A stretch of 64,000 bases of DNA, from assembly GCA_965235115.1 (NCBI GenBank), contig OZ249436.1, forward strand, positions 36,520,001 through 36,584,000, read 5' to 3'. Position 1 is the stretch's first letter; every line of letters begins with the position of its first letter. The notes under the pieces are model-generated. The model was not told where the DNA came from. It made no database searches and saw only the letters and a list, made by a program, of their open reading frames with translations. Both the position numbers and the translations under genes were made by a program. Below are positions 1 through 13,700 of the stretch, one piece after another. The stretch comes from Laetmonice hystrix. Lineage: Eukaryota.

Positions 1-1604
1 ATTAACCACAGTGTTCTTATGCCCTCCGCTCCCGCCACCAGCCCGCACGAACTTCGGGAAGGAGCGTTTTTTACGCTTTAACTGATGGACCTGATCATTA
101 TCAACTGTCATCTAAATTTGGTGATCTATTCACGGTAAAGAATGCCAGGAAACCACGACTATTTTCTATCCTCCCCCAACACGTTCATCTGTTTATGTTC
201 CTGACGTTTTTTTACGGGTGGCTTCAGAGTGGTTTTATCGGGATGAGCGCATGCCAGGATGGCCGCTTGTTAGAGATCTACACCATTCCCTGCTCAGGCC
301 ACACCCGACCGCTACCTGAACCTAATAATCACAGACTATAACAAAAACTGTAAGGATCTCTCTAAAAGTGCATATTGTGAATACACTGTGTACACTGTTT
401 GCGGGAAAACAGAAATAATGAAGAACTGTCGTGAAATGGCTGACTGTCTCTGCAGCTACCATTCTCTCGGCATTCGTCATAACTTCTGTGGAGAAAGAAC
501 CGAAGTTAACCGTAATCGGGTCTTACAATTTACAAACACTTCGGCAGCTGCACTTGGAAAACAATGTTTTACATTGGGAGGAATAATACTTCAATCTTTA
601 ACTGAATATTTCAACTCGTTCCTATTCCGTTTCTTTGAACAAAATACCGAGTATCTCTGTAACCGTTTCATGCCAGGAGACTCCTAATGTTGAATCCATA
701 CAAACTGAAAACTACATTCCGAGACTGAGCACGCATCTGTAATTGTATCGCATGAATCACCCCACAGTATCATAGTTTCGGAGTGGTAGTTTGGCTGAAA
801 ACAAATGGAATGTTCGCTAAGTTTGCTCCCACTGAATATTGGGCGGTTCCAGACTCCGACAGTGGCGAGACGGGAGCGCTCAACGGCAAGGTCAGTGGGT
901 CAGACTGCTTGGTGCTAACTGTTGTCTGGGATCTTTCCAATCTGTATACTGATGACAACTTGTAATGAGACATCCCCCCCCCCCCCCCCGTACATAGAGA
1001 AAAGATTTTGCCGGGAATAACTAGTATAGCGTCATCTTTTTATTTGAATATTTCGCTTTACGTTTTAAATGTGGTTTTTCTTCGTAATTATGTAAATTTG
1101 AAAGCAATGCGATATGAGTCGTTCGTTTGGCACGCGCTTCATTGAATTAATGTAAGATTTTATCTTTATTGCCCAGACAGTAGAAAGGAATCCATAACGT
1201 GTATAAGCTATGGCCTTTCTGAGATTCTTTCCGTGGATAACGTACCATCCACATATCCATGTTTTAGGGCGCTCAAAACGGGATGGGTAACAAAAACGTT
1301 AATACTGGTAATTAAATCATTACACCAACCATTAAACCATTGGCAATTTGTATCAGAATGAAATAGCACCATTCTTTTCTTAAACAAACCAGGCCTCAAT
1401 CTATACATGTATATTATACACTGGTATCCCGTGTATTATACCTAGTATAGCACGACGGCACGGCAGGTTCTTATATTTTATATCTATCTTAAAATCTTCA
1501 AATCTTTCATCTCTCCTCCGTTTATTTCTGAAGGACGACATACAGTAGTTCTCAGTAATAGACTCTAATCGTTTCCAATTATTTCAAACATTTTGATAAC
1601 CTAC

Positions 1605-1793
1605 TTGGATTTCAGACATGGGGACAACTCCGAACTCAAGTTGCTCTATGTGCGAAGTGTCCTCATGACTTGGCGTTCCAAACCCAGGGGGTGGCGGAGG
1701 TGCACCTTTGGGACGGTCTGGAGATGATGAACTAGAGGATCGTTCGGGTGAATCCTCGTCAGCTTGTAGCTTGAAGGTTGAGACGTAATTCAT
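1605..1793 (-). CDS. RAI14: N-Ank gene coding exon 10, Ser/Pro-rich linker (MNYVSTFKLQADEDSPERSSSSSSPDRPKGAPPPPPGFGTP...MSEIQ)
   Basis: 189 bp, gcctctttcag acceptor, caa|gtaggt donor, phase 0 to 0. PKGAPPPP resembles the family's post-ankyrin KRKAPPPP motif. Confidence 0.75.
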
Positions 1794-4700
1794 CTGAAAG
1801 AGGCATGGCAAAAAAATAGATGGACTAAACGGGAAAATAAATGGTTTGTTATAAAAGCCATTTTCCCGACGCACCCTAGGCTATCGTTCATAACTTCTGC
1901 CCATTCCACTCAATTTGCCCAGCAATCACGCGAAAATGCTCTTTTATTACTTGTTTTTTAATGGTGATCACGCCTGTAACATTACCTCAAATTCATGCTC
2001 AATCAATATGTTTCTGTCACAAACAGAACTCAAAACTGCCCAGACCGATTCCAGCTATAGATGGCCAGATACGGTACGATGATAAATAGCAGATGATCCT
2101 ATACTCTGACCCGAGTCCATACAGGCTAGAGCAGATAGCTTCAGTAGATGACCCAGACACTGGGGTCCTGTCTGAGCCAGGCCCGAGATCCCATCGACAA
2201 CAACGTCAGGTTACTGATCTCTCAATCTCCCCAAGTCAGAATCCACCACATAACGTATGCCTTTTGTGTATGGTGGTGGATTTAACATCCGCATTCCAAC
2301 TTTCGCCATTCACTCCTCAGTAAAGTCAGACATACTCTTGCTACGCAACTAATGCTGATCTAACAGCATCATCGGATACAGAGGAAAATCTTTCAATCAA
2401 AAGAGTTCCGACCGGAAAGCAAGAGAAGACTAGGTTTGAGAGCTCTGCCCATATTGATCTGTGGTTGAGTCCGATCTTCTATTGTGTACTGCCAAAAATA
2501 ATTGAATAAATCTAATGACTTCTTGCGATAAATTTGATTGCCTGCCCCATGACTCTGCGGGGCGTTTTCCCTTGGGGTTCACGCTTTGCACTTTACTGAC
2601 ATTTCACCGCCAATGTCCAATTACCAGGCATCTGTGGCAGCGAAATTAGAACCCTCCTTTCACTGGTTCACTTAGCCCTGTCACACATACCCTGGAAGGC
2701 TTCTTAAGGTCTCTCTTCTATTGAATTAACTCCGCCTGGAATACAGCAGGCTGACGCTCAGTGATTGGAGTGAATGGCAGGTCCAGCAGTGTTATTGCCA
2801 CGAATCCTGCCCCTGAGATGTCTCCATACATTGCACCAGGGATTTCAGCATTATCACCTGACACAAATAATTTGATTGTACCACCATTCAGTTTGGAATG
2901 GTCAAGCGAGGCGGCTATTATGCTATTAAATATGACTCCCAGCATCTGCTTTGGGAGGTAACTGCATCCCTAGGTAAACTCCCACTGAATCCTTTACTGG
3001 CCCTGTACATCAAATTCCCCCTGGCTCCTATACCAAGCTTCCGTGGATGGAAGGCTATTGGCCAAGGCAGGCAGCTGCAGGGAGGAGGCAATGGGTTGTG
3101 GAGGGTAGAACTTTTACGGGGAAGCCATCGCTCATGTATATGTTCACAAAAAAGTTACGTTGACCTCTGACGGAACAAGCTGGAGGGGACACTAGAGTAG
3201 GGCAGGGGCCCTGGCCAATGCATCATCTGTCATCTTGCTTTGCAAGATGTCTGCCTCCAAGAAACAAATGCCTGTTTGAAGATAAGCCACTCTGTCAAAA
3301 TAATCCACTTTCAAAGTTACAGAGGGTTTCTGTACAGCCTTATAAAAAAGAGATGAGATAAGGTCCTTTCTGTTATGAAAGGAGACAACAAAATAACTCG
3401 CGCTTCAATGAGTTTGTCCTTGGCAGACGCATGGTCTACTATTAATACTGCATGCATCATACTGAAGCAAGGTTACCTTCATTCTCGCTGTAAGATGAAT
3501 CAATGGGCGTTAGACCATATATATATTTCAGATATAACATGGTGCAAAATCTTATGTACCTAGCGTACTGTTGATATCGCAAAATTGGGGAAAACGTAAG
3601 TTCGTCGTTTTAATATCATATCTACATTCGAATTTGCTTGTACAGTGCTTTATAAATGCCCATGAAGAACGTAAAATATTTTTCTATGACAAATACAGAT
3701 TTCTACTGTCAATTACACGGGAATAGCAATTAAACTCGGAAATTGTTCCGATCTGATCGGCGTTATCAAATAGCGGGGTGGTATCATGCATGACCTGGTT
3801 AGGTGATGGCAATAACAGTATCCAGTGAGTCACACAACAACCCAACTGTACGGCCACGCTCAATTACCTGACTGGGTGGTTAGACCTCAGCTTGGAACGA
3901 ACGGCCCAATAACTGACTTCCAACCGTTCTACATACACAGCGTCAACAATTTTGGACCAATTATTCTCCTCAAAATATCAAAACCAAAGTCAAGGAACAT
4001 CAGAGCTTGGGCCACTGAAGATTTCTGGCAGCAGCAACGCTCCAGAGCGCTATGAACGGGACTCAAACCAACTGGCACGTGACTGGAAGAGGAGGAGGGC
4101 CTTCTAGGAGCGCTCCATCGAGTACTTGGCTGCTAGGAACCCATAAAATACACGTACGCACAGCCTTGAGAGGTGGTAATCTCGTTACTGGCCCAGTGCC
4201 ACGCCCATGCTGAGTGTTTTATTACATGTTCTCATCTTCACCCAACTGATCATAAAGGGGTCCGGTGTTATAACCGTCCGGCGCGCTGCGACGTGACGTG
4301 GCACGGACGGACAGCGTTCAATGTGACCCCTTTAACTGCAGCCAATGTGGCAAAATTGGAGCAATTATTGCCGCAGTTTTCAGCAGCCAATCACCCTGAC
4401 GAAGCACGAGGCAATCTACGAGACAGCATGCCGCGAACTCGGGACATGCCACGTCCCGGCAACAACAGAACTGATAGAGTACGGCCGGTTCGGTTTTCTT
4501 CACCGAGATAGAGGCCGAGTAATAACATTCCGAGGATTTCGTAACGGATCCTTGGTCCAATTCTTCTCTCCTCTTCTCCCTTGTTAAGGCAAGAAAGGTC
4601 TTATTTTTCCACGGATTCCGGGAAATTGTGGGAAATTGTGATTAAAAGAAATAAAGAAGACCCCCCCCCCCCCCCCCCCCCCCAGTACCATGTATGGCAG

Positions 4701-7700
4701 GACCTCTCTCGGGCTTGGGCAGGTGGCGACACCTGCTATTTTACCGCCCCTCTTTGTTCATTTCCCCTTTCATTTTTGGTGCTGCCCATCACGTATATTA
4801 TCATATAAATCAAACCAAATATGTGCCCCTTGGGGAAAGCAAGCCTGTTTATTACTGTGAAATCTGGAAACAGTAACCAGTCTGGCAATAGATGATCGCG
4901 GACAGATTCTATGCGCTTTACATAAAGGGGCGTTTTTTACATTTCACATATCCGGCTGAAACCTCTACTTCTGGCTTGCCATTTGAAACAAATCTTTCAT
5001 TATGCGGTTGCACGACGTTTCTTCCCATTATAATTCATATACCCAGTGTACATTACTGTTGTTGCTCGTTATAATTAGATTAGTATCGCCTATCCTGAGA
5101 GCCTCTTAACCTCACTTTTTATGATCATTGTTGTCTGTACAATGTCTATATCCCTGTAATAAATGTCAACTTGACATGATGGACGTACTGCGTGTGCTCT
5201 TGTATTCTCTACCATAACTACTCAAGTATGGCTAATGTTCAGGAACACTTAACAACCTTGTTTCCACTGGTTGTAGCGACCGGTATACCGTAAACCCTAC
5301 TGGCCCCACTTTTCGAGACAATTAACAGTGTGACAACTTTACACCTGAATGCTATGAGTCTAAATTTTTCTCTCAGTCAGCCCTCAGTCTCTCAGTCAGC
5401 CCTCAGTCTCTCAATCAGCCCCAAGTCTCTCACTCAGCCCTCAGTCTCTCAGTCAGCCCTCAGTCTCTCAGTCAGCCCTCAGTCTCTCAGTCAGCCCTCA
5501 GTCTCTCAGTCAGCTCTCAGTCTCTCAGTCAGCCCTCAGTCAGCCCTCAGTCTCTCAGTCAGCCCTCAGTCTCTCAGTCAGCCCTCAGTCTCTCAATCAG
5601 CCCTAAGTAATGTGACAAGAGTGTGAGTGCTGATCATTTTACCAGCGACATTTTAACACCAAACTCTGTTCTCTGTCAACCTGATTTACCAGAACCTAGA
5701 AAGATCTATAAGGCTATTGCACAGTTTTTGATTACATGTATTCCAATTACTGCTTCTAGAAAGTCATTCTCTGAGTTGCATGTTTATTGGTTATTGGCAT
5801 GACTAAGCGCCATGCGGACTCCGTGACGGGCGCCGGGCGCGTGTGTCACCATTTCACCCCAGAACTCTCCTTGAATGGAGCAGGTAAATTACACCATCTG
5901 GACCTTCAACTAGCAACTGGCCTTCAACACAGGGTGTTACAAATTCACACATCACCTCACCTCATCACCAACTGCGCCAAATCATCAATGTCAACGCAGC
6001 ATTTTTCATTTTGTAACACTTCGCCAGAGTCTCTGTCTCTTATGCTGAGACAGAAAGTACGTAATTTTGTAAAGTGTTCCATGTCCCGCATTGGGAGCAT
6101 CTAGTCTGGCCGTGACTAATATCAAACACCGGCAACTCCACCTAATCTAAAAGTTCAGTCCTCAGCAGTTCTCCTGTGGCTACAGCATTTTCCTATCAGT
6201 ACGTCCTGGATAATTACCTCTCTATGTACAATCTAATGAACTGCATATAAACTCACTACCTTTTTTCCTAGATGAGTGGAGGTTTTCCTATTTAATTACA
6301 GTCTTATAAATCACCAAATAAAGTGCAAACTTGTTTTTAAAGAAGTGATATGTTATTACTCACGTAATTTTAAAACGTAGCATTATATATACTGACCTGA
6401 CCAATACCTTATTTGATACATGAGAAGCTGCGTAAAAGCAGACAGTGAGCTTACATTTCTGATGAAATTATACTAATATCTACTGAAGACCACAGTCATT
6501 CTAGAAACTCTAATTACATAACCAGTGTAGTGCTATGGGAACTTACAGGTTCGGCACCATCTGGACCAGGCGGGTCGTCCTTCTCTGTCACCTGGTCTGC
6601 TCGTGACAGATGAGAAAAAACAACAACATACGATACAGGTTAGGTTTCGTACAAGTAAAACACCCGCGGAAACAAAAACTACACTGCATACAGTAGGGAC
6701 GCTTTTATCTTCTATAGACTACGTAATGCGCCCAAGTAAGGATATCTACTATATGATGCCAAAATCTTTTGCGTGGCACAAAGAGAGAACGCATACCAAG
6801 ACCCCAGGAGGCCCGTGACGGTGCACTGTCCAAAATCTTCTTTATTTCCGTGTACCCTGCCTCCTCAGCGAACCAAGCAGCAGTATGTCCTAAAGCAATA
6901 ATACATTGAGTCCATTTAGTCTCCGTTCTTTATCAGCTTCAGGAAGTACCATGAACACAAGTAAGTGAGGAACTTTGTGCAGAGTTATGAGAACAAGCAT
7001 TCACTATTGTATAACATGAGCGTTTTTTCATCTAATATTAGACTGTTACAATAGCAATTCTGTTACCTTAAAAATAATTATGATTAGAGGAAATCTTATG
7101 AACAGTGAGTCATCCCAACCTTTCGCATACCTGAGTTATCTGTCATGAGGACATTCGCTCCACCTTTCACAAGTTGGTCACAAACAGCCTCATGTCCATG
7201 TGCCGCTCCAAACATCAGCGGGGACCTGCAAACACAAGTCATCTGTAACACCGCCTGTCTCTTCTGCAGACAAAACAGGCGAGACCTGCAAACCCAACCA
7301 ATCTATAATACCGCCTGTATCATCTACACACATAACATGTGAGACCTGCAAACACAACCGATCTATAATACCGCCTGTATCATCTACACACATAACAGGT
7401 GAGACCTGCAAACCCAACCAATCTATAATGCCGCCTGTATCATCTACATAACAGGTGAGACCTGCAAACACAACCGATCTATAATACTGCCTGTATCATC
7501 TACACACATAACATGTGAGACCTGCAAACACAACAAATCTATAATACCGCCTGTATCATCTACACACATAACAGGTGAGACCTGCAAACACAACCGATCT
7601 ATAATACTGCCTGTATCATCTACACACATAACAGGTGAGACCTGCAAACACAACAAATCTATAATGCCGCCTGTATCATCTACACACATAACAGGTGAGA

Positions 7701-10700
7701 CCTGCAAACCCAACCAATCTATAATACGGCCTGTATTATCTACACACAGGTGAGCCCTGAAACAAAGCCATATTATGACCGCGTCCCTTACTGTCACCAC
7801 ATGAATTGAGAATTCACCATACAGGTCGTCACTTGTAAATTATGTCAGGTGACCTGCAAACATTAACATTCAAAGAAACTCTCTTGTCATAGATTCACAA
7901 TACGAACAATTGTAACTGCACTCCTTGTTGAGTGGACAAGATGGTTGCCATAGTAAACCACAATAAACACTCCAACTTCTTATAAACTGAGAGCTAACGC
8001 GATGCATCATTCAGCTAAGGAGTAATTACACCTACACGAATACTGAGAACCCAAGAGACACTTTGATTGGGGCTCATCAGTAAGTCAATCAATCCAACTC
8101 AACAATGCCGCACCCAGACGGAACAAACACAACTCATGAATCATAACTGACAACTCAGACTTCGCAGTGCAGCTGAATCCCCATCCCCACACCTGACCTC
8201 ATCCCACACACCCGACAACATCCCCACACACCCGACAACATCCCCACACACCCGCATTCAAAGACCTAGAGAGAGAAACGATCGAGTCGCCACTTACTTT
8301 TTATCCTTGTCACGTTCGTTAATATTGGCGCCTCTGTCGAGCAGCTCCTTACAGATTGGTTGGCTCCCTAACCGACAGGCTACGAAAATGGGCGTCCTTC
8401 CCAGCTATAAACAACACAGGGAATGGTCGGTCAGACATCTACATCAAGTGGCTCAGAATTTGGTCATGGACAAACTACTTTGGCATGATAACTCAAAATG
8501 ATCTTACTTTCCCTTTTCCCAGGTTTGTGTTAGAGGTACCTTTTACTTATTTGCAAAGGTAGAATACGAGATTATATCGATAGTAAACGCAATTAGGTAT
8601 GAAATTAGGGCCCCCTCATTCCAGTCTCACTCAGCTAGACTTTCTGCAGTCAGAGTAATTTTTATGGCGTTTAGTGTGAACTGGTAATTACAATTTTTGT
8701 TAGCTAGGTAATACATCAAACACCACTTAATCCCGGCCACATTACCGGGTTTGCCAACATTGCCGACAAGTGACTAATCACGTCATATTATGTGATCCCA
8801 GTGTCCATAATTTAAAAAGTTTACTTTACATCGTATCTTAGGATCGGATCTCAGGAACCATACGACCATCACCGTGTTATATTAGACACTGATGCTTGGC
8901 TAAGTCCGTCATTTTTATTGTCTGAATACAGAATCCAACATATTTATGTCACAGATTCATAACATAAGCCAGTAAAAAGCACTATCAAGGTATCATCTCA
9001 ACAGAATCTGACATGTATAGGAGCTTGCATGACCATTATGGGGAGGAGTGGAACATGGCCGATATGAACGAGTTGAGCGTTGAATCGTTATTGCACTCAT
9101 ATATCTCTATGTGAGCGGGCTGGGTGTGGTGCTGGAGCCTGCCATGGGCGTATTTTATATACCACATCGCGGCGGCTCACTGCACAAACCTTAACCCTCC
9201 TCAACCTATCCGTGCTGACCTATAAACCTATAATTATCGAGCTTAGTCTCTTCTCTTTCTTCACTTGTTTAACATAGATGCCTGGCGGTATTTCACGTCA
9301 ACAAAACCAACAAAACTTAGCGAAAGTCCAGTCTGGCACTCTTCATTCGACGAATTACGACACATCTCAAGTGTACGTCACGTCACTGCGCACGCTTCCA
9401 TCATGTAAATGGCTCGGGACAAATAATCTACGAGCGGTAAGATTTTCTCACTGACGGTCTGGAAATCTTTGCTAGTTTTCAAAGTGAACTGATCTGTGGC
9501 CGGCTTATTGGAGCAGCCTTGCTCTGATTCTCCTAATCTGTCTCCTGCTCACCCACCATAAAACTCTGCCTCACTCCGCTCACAGCACCACATCTCATAC
9601 ATTGAGCTGCTTGTCACAAACACCAGCCGTCATTACTATAAACTCAATTTCTGCCAAGATCCTCCAAGCCTTCCAACATTTGGGAGGCGGACCTCCAAAT
9701 GGCCAATCTTCTTGTCCATTTCACAAATGGCAGCAAGAGTGACATAAATCATGTTTAAGGTGTCAGACTGCACTCGCTTGGTCTGCTATACTCTGGCAGG
9801 CCAATATTAAGTGCAGAGCAAAAAAAAGACCATCTACCATTGATTGAGGACCTTTGCCTTACTTAAGAAGAAAGCATGCCGACAGAGCTGTACAAAAATT
9901 CGAAAGACAAGTAGCACTTCCTCTCTAAAGATATTGCCACCAAATCTTTTCAATTAATTCACTGATGCATTATCAAAGGTCCTGGTACTTTATTTATTCT
10001 GTCCTATGCGCGACTGCTCAAGTTGAAGGAAAGTCTATATAATCATCTGTTCATAGATCCTTTAGTCCTGACTCACTGATAGAGCATTCAATATCTGAAT
10101 AGCTATGACGAATGTGAATCACTGCGTTGGACGGTAAACAATCCCAAATACATGTATTTTAAGTCTCGAGATACTTGCTGATAAGTCTACCTTTGAATAT
10201 GCGATTCCAATGTTCGCATTCAATCTTCGACTTGTGCAAGTTAAATCGTTTATCACGTTGGATATTGCTTTGTGAACATTTAAACTACATGTATTATGAT
10301 TTGAAGAATGGAACAGGAATCATTAAAGAATCTTGTGGACATGTTGTGTGGTAAATGTGTAAATCTGAAAAGGCTCTACGGTTTTATACTCGGGAGCTCA
10401 CGCCAATGTTTTTTTTTTTTTGATGGATAGTTACATTACTGGGGCGGTTGTGCCGTCACAGCTCGGGAGCTCCAGTTAGATCACTATTAGATGCTAGCCC
10501 ACCGTCGTACTGTGATACCGGCTGTCGGTTTATGGACGACTATGATCTATGCGACCATGAATACAACTGATATAAGACGCCTTATTCAGATAGGCTATTG
10601 ATAAAAAATACATTGCCTTAACCATAACAAAGAGTTATTACTTTGCTTGTGATTTCTGTGATGGGGGTCGGGACGTAGACGTACCGTATGGAATATCAGA

Positions 10701-13700
10701 TAAAAAGATCCTGTCAGGTCATACACTGCCAAACTTACCCTGAGAGTCTAAGAATCTCAGCGAAAGTTGATACGAAGACTGTGAAGTCAGTGTGTGCTGA
10801 TGAAGAACCTTGATTTACTGACATGGTGTAATGGACTGAATGACGCTATGTTTCTTACTGTCCTTGAAATACCGTCCGACCAAAGAATCGAGGCCGGTGT
10901 GTGATCTCTGCGCTCATAGCGAACACCTGTTCAAGGCCTTTCCTCCCAGGTCGCACTTGTTAGTTAAGGGAACCTTTTTTGTAGTTTGAACGTTTAAAAA
11001 GACCTTCTACCCTTTTTAATTGGCTTTGGCTTTCTATGCAATAACGATCATTGCAAATCAGGTTAAAGTACGAGCCACATCATGTTACTCTGTGTTGTAC
11101 ACTGTGTTGTCACACATTCCTGGCTGTTAAAACACATTCCTGGCTGTTAAAACACATTTCTGGCTGTTAAAACTGTTTTGGGGAAATGTTACGTTGTGTC
11201 CCACTCACTCCGGCCCACCTCACCTTATCTTTGGCATTCACGCCACCTTTATTCTGCAGCACCAGTTGGACAGTTTCTAACGATCCACTCATACATGCAT
11301 GATGAAGAGGGGTCAAATCTTGGTGATCAACTGCTGAAATGTTACTGTTCGCCTGAAACATCAACAACATTATGTCATTTATTACTTTCCTTTACGCCAG
11401 GGGAAAAAACATGACACTCCTAGCAAGCACACCTGCGACAAATTTTGGTTACGTGTTTCACCGGTGGTATTTGAGGTATTTGGCGCTGTGTATCCTTTTC
11501 ATATCAACAGTTTGTTATCTTGTACTGACCATCACATGTCATCAACATTATCCCGCTCAAATTCACTCACACTTCAAACATTACATATCAAATCATCATG
11601 AAAGGAAACGAATCGCTTCTTACAATGTTGACTTTTGTGACCATACTTGAAACTAAACGGAGAAAGTGGAACAGGTTTGAGTGTGATTTTACCTGCAGTA
11701 ATTGATGCACCACAGCAAGCTGACCATTCCTGCAGGCACAGTGTAACGCCGTCTGACCTGAAATGACCACGTATATCTCCCTCAGGTTCTGTCAGTTAAT
11801 CCCTGTGGTAACCGGTATCACACGTGCCTTTTCTCTTCATCACTCCCTCATCAACCTATAACTCGTGGATCCCTTCACCTGGTCTGATCAGCTCATCCAA
11901 GGCACGGGTTGACACAAACTCACAGGTGCCCTAACTTCTACCTGCTACATTAACATTCCGGTATGCTGGTGCCGGGTCAGATGGAACCAACTTTGAAAAG
12001 CAAGACGGGCTTATGACGGTATAGCAGTAGTCATGTGGTGTGTTTATGTTTGGAGGCCTCTAAACTTGCTTCTCCGTGTTAAAAATTTACTCTTCTCAAT
12101 GATGTTTCTGACAGACGTTACGGGCAGTGTATGTCACGGCTCACGACAAAGCGTCTTACGGGTTGAAACAATCCTCAATTTATGACACTGACTCGGATGT
12201 GGACAGTCGATCAGCGAGTAGTAAACTCAAAGGAAGCTCCTTTTGTGAGTCAGCGCATACTAGTACTTTGTGAACTTAGGATCAGCCACGATTAGTTAAC
12301 GGTTAAAGACTTTAGTCTCAATCTCAGCACTCATCTGTATAACCTCTGTAACGGCTGTAGAGCATGAAATGATGACAACATGACTTTTGTAGCAATTACG
12401 ATCTTTTGTCTGCGCATAAAGGGAATATCTAACTAGTGCATCTTTCTTATCCTAAACGATCATCAATTGCTTGCCCAAACCAGAATTAACCCAGAGCCTC
12501 CTCAGCAATCATTTAATGTACTCCGTTATTACCGTACCTGTGGTGTCACTCATACAGCCTAACTCCCTTATTACTGTACCTGTGGTGTCACTCATACAGC
12601 CTAACTCCATTATTACCGTACCTGTGGTGTCATTCACACAGCCTAACTCCGTTATTACCGTACCTGTGGTGTCACTCATACAGCCTAACTCCGTTATTAC
12701 TGTACCTGTGGTGTCACTCATACAGCCTAACTCCGTTATTATTGTACCTGTGGTGTCATTCACACAGCTAACTCCATTATTACCGTACCTGTGGTGTCAT
12801 TCACACAGCCTAACTCCGTTATTACCGTACCTGTGGTGTCACTCATACAGCCTAACTCCGTTATTACTGTACCTGTGGTGTCACTCATACAGCCTAACTC
12901 CGTTATTATTGTACCTGTGGTGTCATTCACACAGCTAACTCCGTTATTACTGTACCTGTGGTGTCACTCATACAGCCTAACTCCGTTATTACCGTACCTG
13001 TGGTGTCATTCACACAGCCTAACTCCATTATTACCGTACCTGTGGTGTCACTCATACAGCCTAACTCCATTATTACCGTACCTGTGGTGTCATTCACACA
13101 GCTAACTCCATTATTACCGTACCTGTGGTGTCATTCACACAGCCTAACTCCGTTATTACCGTACCTGTGGTGTCACTCATACAGCCTAACTCCCTTATTA
13201 CTGTACCTGTGGTGTCACTCATACAGCCTAACTCCGTTATTATTGTACCTGTGGTGTCATTCACACAGCTAACTCCGTTATTACTGTACCTGTGGTGTCA
13301 CTCATACAGCCTAACTCCGTTATTACCGTACCTGTGGTGTCATTCACACAGCCTAACTCCATTATTACTGTACCTGTGGTGTCACTCATACAGCCTAACT
13401 CCGTTATTACCGTACCTGTGGTGTCACTCATACAGCCTAACTCCGTTATTACCGTACCTGTGGTGTCACTCATACAGCCTAACTCCGTTATTACTGTACC
13501 TGTGGTGTCACTCATACAGCCTAACTCCGTTATTACCGTACCTGTGGTGTCATTCACACAGCCTAACTCCGTTATTATTGTACCTGTGGTGTCATTCACA
13601 CAGCTAACTCCATTATTACCGTACCTGTGGTGTCATTCACACAGCCTAACTCCATTATTACCGTACCTGTGGTGTCATTCACACAGCTAACTCCATTATT

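Noticed and set aside
5960..6045. Possible extra N-Ank exon between exons 9 and 10
   Set aside because: Phase-0 readings from the available AG sites hit stops; the open frame needs an incompatible phase.
12471..13690. Overlapping ORFs of 84-160 aa (VITVPVVSLIQPNS repeats)
   Set aside because: Products of the 42-bp minisatellite, broken by 41-bp variants.
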